Source: Anaerobacillus sp. (GTDB lineage: Bacteria > Bacillota > Bacilli > Bacillales > Anaerobacillaceae). From it: 40,000 nucleotides of DNA. Below the pieces are notes generated by a model. It searched no databases. It saw nothing but the letters and a program-made list of their open reading frames with translations, and had not been told where the DNA came from. Every line of letters begins with the position of its first letter. Position 1 is the first letter of the stretch. Location of the stretch: assembly GCF_046314235.1 (NCBI RefSeq), contig NZ_JBKBWN010000021.1, positions 1-40,000 of the forward strand. The letters are read 5' to 3'. Position numbers and translations under genes: made by a program. Positions 18,564 to 27,023 of the stretch are shown piece by piece.

Positions 18564-21020
18564 TTATGCCTGTTTCCTTCTTAGAGCACTAGTTTGATAC
18601 ATTGGTATTGTTGCCCATTTAGGTAAGTTTCTTTTAACAGCAGCAACTACAACCGTCATATCATCTTCAATGCGATTATCACCTGTTCGAATCACTTGTT
18701 CAATAATAATATCAGCTACAGCCTGCGGTTCTGCTGCCTCAATTTCTTTAATAATTCGCTTTATCCAAGCCTCACTATTTTCAACATGTTTAGGACCATC
18801 AAATATCCCATCACTCATCATGATTAATAAATCTCCAGCCTTTAACTGTTCACTTACTACATCTACGTCAAACTCATTGATTATTCCCATCGGAAGATTG
18901 CTCGCCTCAATCATAAAAACTTTCTCACCCCTTTTAATAAAGCTAGGAGTAGAGCCAATTTTTAGAAACTTTGCTGTGGCATCTTGTAAATCTATCATTG
19001 CCAAATCCAATGTTGAAAAAATTTCATCAGTAGACCTTAATGATAAGACTGAATTTATTGATTTAATTGCCACTGTTTCTTCAATGCCAGATTGCAATAT
19101 ATTCTGTAGTAACTGGAGCGTCTCATTGCTTTCTAAATGAGCTCTTTCACCATTTCCCATTCCGTCACTAATAGCAACAGCATATTTACCAGAGCCAATC
19201 TCCATTGTTGAGTAACTGTCTCCAGAGATCCAAGCCCCACCTTTCGCTACTGTAGCAATCCCCATTTCGATCACAAATTGCTTTGCACAACCGAATGAAA
19301 CGTTAGTATGGCCATTAGGGTAATGGCTTTTTTCAACTTTTTTCACAATAATTTGTTCTTCTAAAATATGTGATAACATTGGTGCAATCACTTTTTCACA
19401 TTCACCGTGTTCATTCGTAGGAACACTAATCTCAATATCTACATTACCTTCATCTAGTTGAAAAATTTCGACATGCCCGATATCGACACCTGCATCACGA
19501 AGTGCATCTAGAATTTGCTCCTCTTGCATTTGCAAATTTTCGCGCTCTTTCTGAATTTCTTTTGCGAAATCTCCCATTACTTTGGAAACCCCTAATAGCT
19601 GATCAGCGACAAGCCGTCTACTTTCAAGAAGTTGGCGTTTTAATTTTTTTCCTGCCTGATATTGGTTTAATTCATGTTGAATGACATGAATTACTTTCTC
19701 CGCTTTTAAACAATACCTTGACCAATCTGCCTTTAGACGTTTATTCACATTCTCATCTTCTTCACAGCTAACCATAATATCTTGCATAAAGTTATAGGTC
19801 TTATCAAAGTTCTTAGTCCAGCATTGTTGTTTCCTAAAGCACATTTGACATGTCTTTTCAGTAACATTACTTAAAAAGAAATCTACTTCTCGCTCTGTAT
19901 CTTCAATTTCAGGTGGTAGACTCACATTTGAAAAACTATTAGATAATGTTTGAAATAAAGTAGAAAATTGTTCAACTTTACCTGCTGTCACATCTCGAAA
20001 TTTCCGTAAATACTGTTGCTGTTCCTTCCAGTACTCAGTTGTACCAGGAATATATTTTGCGAGTTTCATTATTAACGTTCGTGGTGTAGCCATAAAGACT
20101 ATGATAGCGACTACTGACTCCATGACAGTTGTAGATACTTGTCCATTCCCATCTCCATATAAACCAATAAGGAGAGTTCCAACTAGTAAACCAACTGCAA
20201 CACCAGTTTTTCTACCTTCTTTCAGTAACCCACCTAAAAGGCCAGAAAAGGCTAATAAGCTCATTTGGTAAAGACTTGCAACACTTGCTAAACTTAAAAT
20301 TAATCCCGTCACAACTCCTACTGTTGAACCTATGGCTGCTCCACCAACAAAAGCAAAGATTAAGACTAAATAACGCGCCAACATATTCTCTGCTGCCATT
20401 CCGTATACAATCCAGCCAATTGTACCTGTCATAATAGAAGCTAATAAAATGATCAGACAAATAATTTCCTCATTTTTTAATGAGTATTTCCTCTTACGTT
20501 CTGTTACAATTGGGACACTTTGAATAAAGATCATCGTTAAAATGAAACTAAGGCCAGCTTCAACAACTGTCATTAACCAATCATAGTTAGAAATCACACC
20601 TTCAAAAGCATACGTTAAAATAATATTTGATGTTATAACTGAACTAAGCACAATTACCGGTAATATTTTCATTTTGTTTTCATATAATTTATTAAATAAA
20701 CGGTATAGAACCAAAAAGCTTACGATAGAAATAAATACATATGCACCATTTAGTGGTATTACTGTAATGGCTCCTGCAATTAATGCTAGCATAGCAATAG
20801 GTGCTTTTTCACGTTTCATTAAAAAGATTGTTGCAAAGAAAGGTAAAACGAACGGAAGTATCTCTGATAAAATCATTGCTCTTCCTAATAAAAATCCAAT
20901 AACGAAAATTAAAAAACCCCATTTATAAAAAACAAGTGAGGCTATGCCTCCAATCCGATTACTCATATTTTCTTTTAGATTCACTTTTCCTACTGGATCT
21001 GAAAGTACCATTTCCCTCAT
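18564..21020 (-). CDS. spoIIE: Stage II sporulation protein E (PP2C phosphatase, multi-TM N-terminus)
   Basis: Colinear with B. subtilis SpoIIE, with ~10 TM segments, a central regulatory region and a C-terminal PP2C domain (ISDGMGNG, MMSDGI). The ATG at 21020 follows GGTGGG plus 4 nt. The track TTG at 21110 lies in the promoter region and has no SD. Confidence 0.95.
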   Translation of the reverse strand: MREMVLSDPVGKVNLKENMSNRIGGIASLVFYKWGFLIFVIGFLLGRAMILSEILPFVLPFFATIFLMKREKAPIAMLALIAGAITVIPLNGAYVFISIVSFLVLYRLFNKLYENKMKILPVIVLSSVITSNIILTYAFEGVISNYDWLMTVVEAGLSFILTMIFIQSVPIVTERKRKYSLKNEEIICLIILLASIMTGTIGWIVYGMAAENMLARYLVLIFAFVGGAAIGSTVGVVTGLILSLASVASLYQMSLLAFSGLLGGLLKEGRKTGVAVGLLVGTLLIGLYGDGNGQVSTTVMESVVAIIVFMATPRTLIMKLAKYIPGTTEYWKEQQQYLRKFRDVTAGKVEQFSTLFQTLSNSFSNVSLPPEIEDTEREVDFFLSNVTEKTCQMCFRKQQCWTKNFDKTYNFMQDIMVSCEEDENVNKRLKADWSRYCLKAEKVIHVIQHELNQYQAGKKLKRQLLESRRLVADQLLGVSKVMGDFAKEIQKERENLQMQEEQILDALRDAGVDIGHVEIFQLDEGNVDIEISVPTNEHGECEKVIAPMLSHILEEQIIVKKVEKSHYPNGHTNVSFGCAKQFVIEMGIATVAKGGAWISGDSYSTMEIGSGKYAVAISDGMGNGERAHLESNETLQLLQNILQSGIEETVAIKSINSVLSLRSTDEIFSTLDLAMIDLQDATAKFLKIGSTPSFIKRGEKVFMIEASNLPMGIINEFDVDVVSEQLKAGDLLIMMSDGIFDGPKHVENSEAWIKRIIKEIEAAEPQAVADIIIEQVIRTGDNRIEDDMTVVVAAVKRNLPKWATIPMYQTSALRRKQA

Positions 21021-21086
21021 AGGTCCCACCACTTTTAGTACTTTTCGAAACACTATATCCACCACCCGTAAATTTATCGTGTTTCT

Positions 21087-21120
21087 ATTATAAACAGATA
21101 CTTCTTTCAATTTTTGTCAA
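21087..21120 (-). promoter_or_regulatory. spoIIE promoter: consensus TTGACA and TATAAT separated by 22 nt (Spo0A-activated architecture)
   Basis: On the minus strand, TTGACA is at 21120..21115 and TATAAT at 21092..21087. The spacer 21093-21114 is 22 nt, and no sigma-A-like -35 exists at 17 nt. One-mismatch 0A-box-like heptamers are at 21133-21139, 21147-21153 and 21169-21175. Confidence 0.65.
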
Positions 21121-21304
21121 AACAACAGAGCATGTCTAAAAAAGTGTTCGACTAGTTTCTAGTAGGCATGTCAAAATACCACTAAATGGTAGCTTATTAC
21201 TATGAGAAAGTGTAAAACTGTCTCGAATTATATTGCACAAAATCTTTATAAAGGCGAAATTTGCAATAATAACTTATATTTTATATTCAATTCATAGTTA
21301 AATA

Positions 21305-21335
21305 TAAAAAGCACCCCTTCTTTTGAAAGGATGCT
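21305..21335 (-). terminator. Intrinsic terminator after yabR
   Basis: Minus-strand RNA reads AGCAUCCUU-UCAAAAGA-AGGGGUGCU, a 9 bp stem including G-U pairs, followed by U5. Confidence 0.7.
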
Positions 21336-21387
21336 AATAATATATATTTATAAAATAAGAAACAATTAACTTGTCAACTGAAGCAAG

Positions 21388-21861
21388 TTAGCCTCGTCTA
21401 GCACCTCGACCTCCACGTTTTGATTCCGTGTTACGCTTTAAAGAAGAAAGAGTTTCCTCACTATCCTTTAAGAAGCGATTCATTTTATCCTCAAATGAAA
21501 GCGATGGACGAGCTTGGCTATTTCTATTGCCACTATTACGAGAACCGTATTGTTTATTTCCTGGTCTTTCTGGTGGACGCTCACGCGGCGGACGTTTCTG
21601 TGGTCTAGGTTGTTCTTCAGGTGGACGCTCTTTAGCCTTTCTAATTGAAAGACCGATCTTGCCATCCTTCTCAACTGCTATAACTTTAACCTCAACCTCG
21701 TCACCAACTTTTAGAAACTCATTGATGTCTTTTACGTAATTATCCGCTACCTCACTAATGTGAACAAGACCAGTATTACCACCTGGCAGCTCAATAAATG
21801 CTCCAAAATGGGTGATACCTGTTACCTTCCCTTGTAACTTGCTGCCTACTTCGATTGACAT
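21388..21861 (-). CDS. yabR: S1 RNA-binding domain protein YabR-like
   Basis: 157 aa. The N-terminal S1 domain is GKVTGITHFGAFIEL...HISEVA. The Arg/Pro-rich tail is low-complexity. Confidence 0.92.
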   Translation of the reverse strand: MSIEVGSKLQGKVTGITHFGAFIELPGGNTGLVHISEVADNYVKDINEFLKVGDEVEVKVIAVEKDGKIGLSIRKAKERPPEEQPRPQKRPPRERPPERPGNKQYGSRNSGNRNSQARPSLSFEDKMNRFLKDSEETLSSLKRNTESKRGGRGARRG

Positions 21862-21905
21862 GAAAAAAATGCTCCTCCTTAAAAAAATGTTTATTTTACT
21901 TTCTA

Positions 21906-21935
21906 ATTATACATGAAAAAAAAAACAAGTGTCAA
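21906..21935 (-). promoter_or_regulatory. Consensus sigma-A promoter for yabR: TTGACA-18-TATAAT
   Basis: On the minus strand, TTGACA is at 21935..21930 and contains the divIC TGA stop. TATAAT is at 21911..21906. It lies ~45 nt upstream of the yabR ATG. Confidence 0.7.
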
Positions 21936-22309
21936 TCTGTAGAAGTTGGTGCAACCTTGAAGATGATTTCTCCTGGTTTAGACAAGAAATAATCCCTTCT
22001 AGCAATCTCAGAGATGTATTCAAGATTGTTTAAGTTCTCTATTTCATTTGTTAAATCTCTTTCAACAAGCTCTAGTTTGGCAAGCTCCTGCTCAAGCGCT
22101 TGTTTTTTCTCAAGCTTTGATCCTAAGACACTATTTTGCGAATAAAGGGTAATCATTGTTGCAGCAATGACAAATACAACAAAAACACTTAAAGCGCCAA
22201 GACGTCGAACAAGACCTTTTCTACTTTTTGATTTTTGCTCCATTTGGTATTCATGCTGTTCTGTGTAACGAGAATTTAGCTCGCTAACTTTTCTCTGTTG
22301 TCTACTCAT
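21932..22309 (-). CDS. divIC: Cell division protein DivIC (FtsB/septum formation initiator family)
   Basis: ~125 aa with one TM helix followed by a coiled coil (LEKKQALEQELAKLELVERDLTNEIENL). The ATG at 22309 is preferred. The track GTG at 22318 lies within the SD region. Confidence 0.92.
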   Translation of the reverse strand: MSRQQRKVSELNSRYTEQHEYQMEQKSKSRKGLVRRLGALSVFVVFVIAATMITLYSQNSVLGSKLEKKQALEQELAKLELVERDLTNEIENLNNLEYISEIARRDYFLSKPGEIIFKVAPTSTD

Positions 22310-22321
22310 GCCCCTCACCCT

Positions 22322-22912
22322 TTAAGATCCTTTTTTTGTAAACCATCTCTTTATATAGTTCTCTACCTTTTTGAAAAACCCTAGCTTACTTTTTAACTTT
22401 TTTAGTTTTTCTTTCGGCAAAAGCCACCAAATTCCTCTACCAATCCAAACAAAAGGAGTATAAACGACCTTTAGGAGGAAAAAAATAACTGTAATTACCA
22501 TTCCTATAATCATCATACACAGCTTGTATAAAAACTTCAATAATACTTTCACTGGATTTATGACGAAAATAAATAACATGCTTTTGAAAAAGTAATAAGT
22601 CCTAATCACACCTTGGATAATAGCTTCTAAAATTTTCATATAAACATTAAATAAAAGTGCTCGATAAGAAGCGTAGCCACATAATAAGGCTAATAAAATA
22701 TAAAATCTCATTTCACCTTCATTAATTTGTAATAACACATAAAAAACAAAAAGACCTTGGAGAATCCAAAATAAACTATCATTAATCACTGTAATCCATT
22801 TATTCCAACAACGACCTCGGATTAAGCGGCTATAGGTATCAATAGCTACTCCTAGCCATCCACCCATAGCCACCATCGCTAACATTGTTTGTAACTGAAC
22901 TGTCAGGCTCAC
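22322..22912 (-). CDS. yabQ: Spore cortex biosynthesis membrane protein YabQ
   Basis: 196 aa multi-TM. The N-terminus MSLTVQLQTMLAMVAMGGWLG resembles B. subtilis YabQ. The GTG start overlaps the yabP TGA (GTGA). Confidence 0.88.
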   Translation of the reverse strand: MSLTVQLQTMLAMVAMGGWLGVAIDTYSRLIRGRCWNKWITVINDSLFWILQGLFVFYVLLQINEGEMRFYILLALLCGYASYRALLFNVYMKILEAIIQGVIRTYYFFKSMLFIFVINPVKVLLKFLYKLCMMIIGMVITVIFFLLKVVYTPFVWIGRGIWWLLPKEKLKKLKSKLGFFKKVENYIKRWFTKKGS

Positions 22913-23217
22913 TTGAATATCTTTCCAAAGAAGCCTTTAGATTTATCATTTTGTTGTTGATCCAAATAAACGAGGTCATATACTTTTCCTTCAATGGATA
23001 CAATTCCTTGGTCCACATCTAAGTTTTTCATATGAAGGTTGTTGCCTCTAATCGCTAAAAAACCTAGTTCTGTTTCTAGTAAAAACTCTTCATTATCAAA
23101 GCTTTCAACTTGTTTTACACCAGTAATATCTAGATGCTTTCTGCCTCGCATCGTTATATTATGTTCCTTAACCTTTCTATCTCTTCCAACTGGGGCACCA
23201 AACTCATAATGTTCCAT
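22909..23217 (-). CDS. yabP: Sporulation protein YabP
   Basis: 102 aa YabP family (HNITMRGRKHLDITGVKQVESFDNEEFLLET). The ATG at 23217 follows AGGGAGG plus 9 nt. The track start at 23283 lacks an SD. Confidence 0.9.
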   Translation of the reverse strand: MEHYEFGAPVGRDRKVKEHNITMRGRKHLDITGVKQVESFDNEEFLLETELGFLAIRGNNLHMKNLDVDQGIVSIEGKVYDLVYLDQQQNDKSKGFFGKIFK

Positions 23218-23447
23218 TAAATAATTCCTCCCTATTCCTCTTTTACGCTTATATTTATGTTCACGAGGTTGAGAATAGAACAAGCCTTTTTAACAATTGT
23301 AATATAGACTTGGTTGGGAGGAGCTTCACATAACCCTTCAGGGATATTATTCATTGCCTGCTATTAACGTTTATTCTCATTGTCTAGTACATAACGTAGA
23401 CAGTTCATTTCATCAATAAAAAGTCGCTCGATTTCCGATTTTTATTC

Positions 23448-23717
23448 TCATACTTCTTCATTAGTTAATTTTTCTTCTCCAATGATTGTGTACATATTAG
23501 CGGCTTCATCTTTTTTCGATGTTTCTTTGATATCGTCGATTCTTACTGTAACAATCTTTTGGCCAAAACGTACTTTTAATTCGTCTCCTACTTTTACAGT
23601 TGAACTAGCTTTTGCTACTTGGTCATTTATAGTAATACGACCTTGATCGGAAACTTCTTTTGCTAATGTTCGACGCTTAATTAAACGCGAAACTTTTAAA
23701 AATTTATCTAATCTCAT
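23448..23717 (-). CDS. yabO: S4-domain RNA-binding protein YabO/RqcP (Hsp15-like)
   Basis: 89 aa (MRLDKFLKVSRLIKRRTLAKE...), an S4 domain. Confidence 0.93.
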   Translation of the reverse strand: MRLDKFLKVSRLIKRRTLAKEVSDQGRITINDQVAKASSTVKVGDELKVRFGQKIVTVRIDDIKETSKKDEAANMYTIIGEEKLTNEEV

Positions 23718-23759
23718 TTTCTTTCACCCCTTTTAAGTCTAATTAATCATCAATCCAGA

Positions 23760-25223
23760 TTATGAATTACTCTTCGCCTCTTCCCAAATCTCATCTAAGT
23801 AAACCAGATCTACTTCTTCAAATGTAACTCCTCGTTCATGGAGTTTTCTTTCAATATATAGAAAACGGCTATAAAACTTTTCATTGGTAGCTTGAAGAGC
23901 TAGTTCTGGATCAATCTCGTAAAAACGCGCTAAATTTACAAAAGCAAAGAGGACATCTCCGAACTCTTTATTAGCCTTCTCGGAGTTATTATTCTTTAGT
24001 TCAAACATAAATTCAGCAATTTCCTCTTGGACCTTCATCCAAATTGGTGCAACCTCGGGCCAATCAAATCCAACCTTTGCTGCCTTCTTTTGCAGTTTTG
24101 CTGCACGGTATAGGGCTGGCATACTCTTAGGAATTCCCTGTAAAATTGAGGTGACTTCTTCGCCATTATCTAGCCTTTCTTGCTTTTTGATTTCATCCCA
24201 TTGTTGAATTACTTCGTCCTCATCTTCTAATTTTCCTGCTTCAAATACGTGAGGATGTCTCCGAATCATTTTTTCCGTAATTGCTGCAATTACATCGTCA
24301 ACGGTAAACATCCCCTCATCCTCACCAATTTGTGCATGGAGTAGCACTTGAAGAAGGACATCGCCTAGTTCTTCTGCTAAATGATCATCATCTTCTTCAT
24401 CAATTGCATCTAGTACCTCATAAGCTTCCTCTAATAAATATTTTTTTAGTGATTGGTGCGTCTGTTTAATATCCCATGGACAACCGTTAGGGCTGCGTAG
24501 CTCAGCAATAACTTCCCGTAATTTACCGAAATCACGATATAAAAGTTGCTCATCTAAAACCGGTGGGACATAAACTGCTGTTAAATTATTTAATGTTGTG
24601 ACGCGATCTAGCTCGTAAAGAGGTACTGTTTGTATTTTTTCTTGACTACTTCCAGCTGCAGTAACAATGGTAACTTCATAATCATCAGGTAGTAATTCCA
24701 TTAATGTTAGCTTTACTTCACTAGCTATAAACGCATCATATACTTGGCAAACGATAATATGATGTCTCACTTGTAATTCCACTCGATTTAAAGACGTTCC
24801 ATCAACAATTTGACAGCCTTCAATTGGATCAATTTGAACAGCCTGAAATAAATTATCTAAGAAGCTTTGTCCCCCCGATATTTCCACAGCAATCTGGTGA
24901 TTTTCGGCCTGTTCTAATAACAGCTGTACAGTACTTTCAGCAACAAAAGGGTGACCAGGAACTGCATAAACGATGTCACTCTCTTTCGCATGCTCGATAA
25001 GTTGAGAAGCTATCTCCTGATAGACATCACTAAACTGATCGTTATTTTCGTATATATGATCAAAAGAATGATATGTAAAACCTTGTTCCTCTAATTCGGT
25101 AACAACAGGATGTTCCTTAGTACGCAAAAATACATTCTCGCTTTTCATTAGTTTATGATAAACACCTAAAGGCAATTGTTGTAAATCTCCTGCTCCTAAA
25201 CCTAAAATAACTATTTTTCCCAT
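23760..25223 (-). CDS. mazG: YabN: tetrapyrrole-methylase-like domain fused to a MazG NTP pyrophosphohydrolase
   Basis: 488 aa. The N-terminus is MGKIVILGLGAGD, with tandem MazG EExGD-type repeats (EEAYEVLDAIDEED; EELGDVLLQV; KEFGDVLFAF). The ATG at 25223 follows GAAGGGAG plus 7 nt. Confidence 0.93.
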   Translation of the reverse strand: MGKIVILGLGAGDLQQLPLGVYHKLMKSENVFLRTKEHPVVTELEEQGFTYHSFDHIYENNDQFSDVYQEIASQLIEHAKESDIVYAVPGHPFVAESTVQLLLEQAENHQIAVEISGGQSFLDNLFQAVQIDPIEGCQIVDGTSLNRVELQVRHHIIVCQVYDAFIASEVKLTLMELLPDDYEVTIVTAAGSSQEKIQTVPLYELDRVTTLNNLTAVYVPPVLDEQLLYRDFGKLREVIAELRSPNGCPWDIKQTHQSLKKYLLEEAYEVLDAIDEEDDDHLAEELGDVLLQVLLHAQIGEDEGMFTVDDVIAAITEKMIRRHPHVFEAGKLEDEDEVIQQWDEIKKQERLDNGEEVTSILQGIPKSMPALYRAAKLQKKAAKVGFDWPEVAPIWMKVQEEIAEFMFELKNNNSEKANKEFGDVLFAFVNLARFYEIDPELALQATNEKFYSRFLYIERKLHERGVTFEEVDLVYLDEIWEEAKSNS

Positions 25224-25292
25224 GTATAAACTCCCTTCATTGGTAGTTTTGAGTTTTGAAAGTAGAGTCCAACAAAAATAACTCAAACCTAT

Positions 25293-26885
25293 TTATTTAC
25301 TCTTTTTTGACTGCATAAACACTGCAAGCTTTCTCATTTTTGGTATTTGTTCTAATTCTTCCTCTGTAAATAGGCGTGTTGCAATAATAAAACTAAAAAA
25401 AATTACTGTACCTACCGCAACGCTAGTTAACGCAATAAACATATTGCCTAGGCGGCTACTAGTGACTTCATCAAGTATGATATAAACGCCTTTTTTCCAG
25501 TAAAAAGTGCCTAGTGCCATTGCAAATAAAGAGAAAGAAATCTTTCCTGCCCTTCGAATGGAGAGCTTAGGTAATGCCTCTATTTTTCTTAAAGTATAAA
25601 TATTAAAGCAAGCACAAACAGCACACGCAATCACAGTAGCCACGGCTGCACCTAATGTACCGTAACTAGGGATAAGAATAATATTAAGAATTGTTTTTAC
25701 GAATAATCCAGTGAAAACATGAACAACAGTGACATGGATTTTATTTAAGCCGTGTAAAACCGCTGATGTTGTCAGAAAGATTGATGTAAAAAAGATCGCT
25801 AGTCCCATGACCGCAAGTACTAAGGAATCTGTACTATCTTTAAACAACATGATATTTGTTGGCTTTATAATTACTGCTAAGCCTACAGAAGCAGCACCAC
25901 CAACAAGAAAACTAATACGAAAGGCAAGGCTACTATATTTTTGAATTAAATCTTGTCGACCTTCGATACTAACCTTTGCAATTAACGGAACGACAACTAA
26001 TGCGAAAGATGTTGTTATGACTGTCCCCATTTGGATGAGTGGTTGTCCACGATCAAAAACACCTTTAGCAACCTTAGCCGTATCAATGACAACACCACTC
26101 TCCGTTAGAAGTCGCAATACGGTTAGTGAATCCACGAACTGAAACATAATCAAGATCAGACTACTGAAGCAAATCATAAATCCTTGAAAAATGATTTGGT
26201 TTATCGTTGTAAACGATAAACGATGATCGTGCAGTCCCCTTGCAGTGTTTTTCTGATGTTTATAATAAAAAATCAATAAAACGAGAAAGCCAATAAAACC
26301 ACCAATAATCGAACCAAGCGCTGCTCCGGTTCCAGCTGCATATGGACCATAACCATGACTTATAAAAAAATAAGTCAAGAGCAATATTGCACATACGCGG
26401 CTGAATTGTTCAACTACTTGTGAAACAGCTGTTGGTAGCATTTCACCATCCCCTTGGAAAAGACCCCTTAATACCGAGAGTAGAGGTACAATAATGAAGA
26501 TAATCGAAATAGTTCGTAATGGCAATTTTAACTGTTCATCTCCCATTACATTTGCTAACCACGGAGCACTACCATAAAGAATTATAAATGAAATGAAACT
26601 AATGATTGCTATGCTAAAAAAAGCATTTTTAATAATTGAATGGCGATCTTTAGCATTCTCCGATATTAGCTTAGATATAATTACAGGAAATCCATATGTA
26701 GATAACATAATGGCCACACCATAAATCGGATATATTTGTTGGTAAACATAAAAGCCAACATCGCCAGCGATATTTTGGTATGGAATCCGGTAAATTGCAC
26801 TTAGGATTTTAATTAAAATTGCTGCAAGAGATAGGTAAACTGCACCTTGCCACAATTTTTTTCCTTTTATATTTTGACTCGACAT
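25293..26885 (-). CDS. yabM: MOP-superfamily polysaccharide/lipid-II flippase-like membrane protein (YabM, SpoVB paralogue)
   Basis: 530 aa with ~14 TM segments. Its position and length match B. subtilis yabM. Confidence 0.88.
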   Translation of the reverse strand: MSSQNIKGKKLWQGAVYLSLAAILIKILSAIYRIPYQNIAGDVGFYVYQQIYPIYGVAIMLSTYGFPVIISKLISENAKDRHSIIKNAFFSIAIISFISFIILYGSAPWLANVMGDEQLKLPLRTISIIFIIVPLLSVLRGLFQGDGEMLPTAVSQVVEQFSRVCAILLLTYFFISHGYGPYAAGTGAALGSIIGGFIGFLVLLIFYYKHQKNTARGLHDHRLSFTTINQIIFQGFMICFSSLILIMFQFVDSLTVLRLLTESGVVIDTAKVAKGVFDRGQPLIQMGTVITTSFALVVVPLIAKVSIEGRQDLIQKYSSLAFRISFLVGGAASVGLAVIIKPTNIMLFKDSTDSLVLAVMGLAIFFTSIFLTTSAVLHGLNKIHVTVVHVFTGLFVKTILNIILIPSYGTLGAAVATVIACAVCACFNIYTLRKIEALPKLSIRRAGKISFSLFAMALGTFYWKKGVYIILDEVTSSRLGNMFIALTSVAVGTVIFFSFIIATRLFTEEELEQIPKMRKLAVFMQSKKSK

Positions 26886-27023
26886 TAAAACCTCCTACAA
26901 ACTTACAAATAATCTACAAATTATTATAGCATAACCGTCTACAGCACCCTGAATTGCTTGAAGGAATATTATTATCTCTCACGAACTATATTGAGAAGGA
27001 AAGTAGAAATAGGAGGGATGAAA

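Noticed and set aside
20212-20460. 82 aa same-strand, alternative-frame ORF inside spoIIE. Similarly 21480-21674 inside yabR.
   Set aside because: These are out-of-frame ORFs inside conserved genes, with no SD and no domain resemblance.
23218-23447. Possible sigma-E promoter for yabP-yabQ (TCTATT-14-CATAAATA, about 23245-23275), and an 11 nt direct repeat ATGAGAATAAA (minus strand) at 23370-23380 and 23441-23451.
   Set aside because: The promoter matches the sigma-E consensus at only ~6/8 of the -10 and poorly at the -35, so it is too weak to call. The 11-mer repeat is AT-rich, one copy simply spans the yabO stop, and the mini-ORF it starts (9 codons) has no SD. It is noted only as a curiosity.
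25224-25292. 9 bp inverted repeat GTTTGAGTT...AACTCAAAAC with a 24 nt loop between yabM and mazG.
   Set aside because: The loop is too large and there is no U-tract for a terminator. It is probably a leader secondary structure of no demonstrable significance.
26893-26920. Three TACAAA repeats (spacing 8 and 10 nt) in the yabM leader and divergent promoter region. I considered a TRAP- or CsrA-like RNA site or a regulator operator.
   Set aside because: There are too few repeats and the phasing is irregular for TRAP. There are no GGA motifs for CsrA. It is a low-information AT-rich hexamer, and no supporting palindrome is present.
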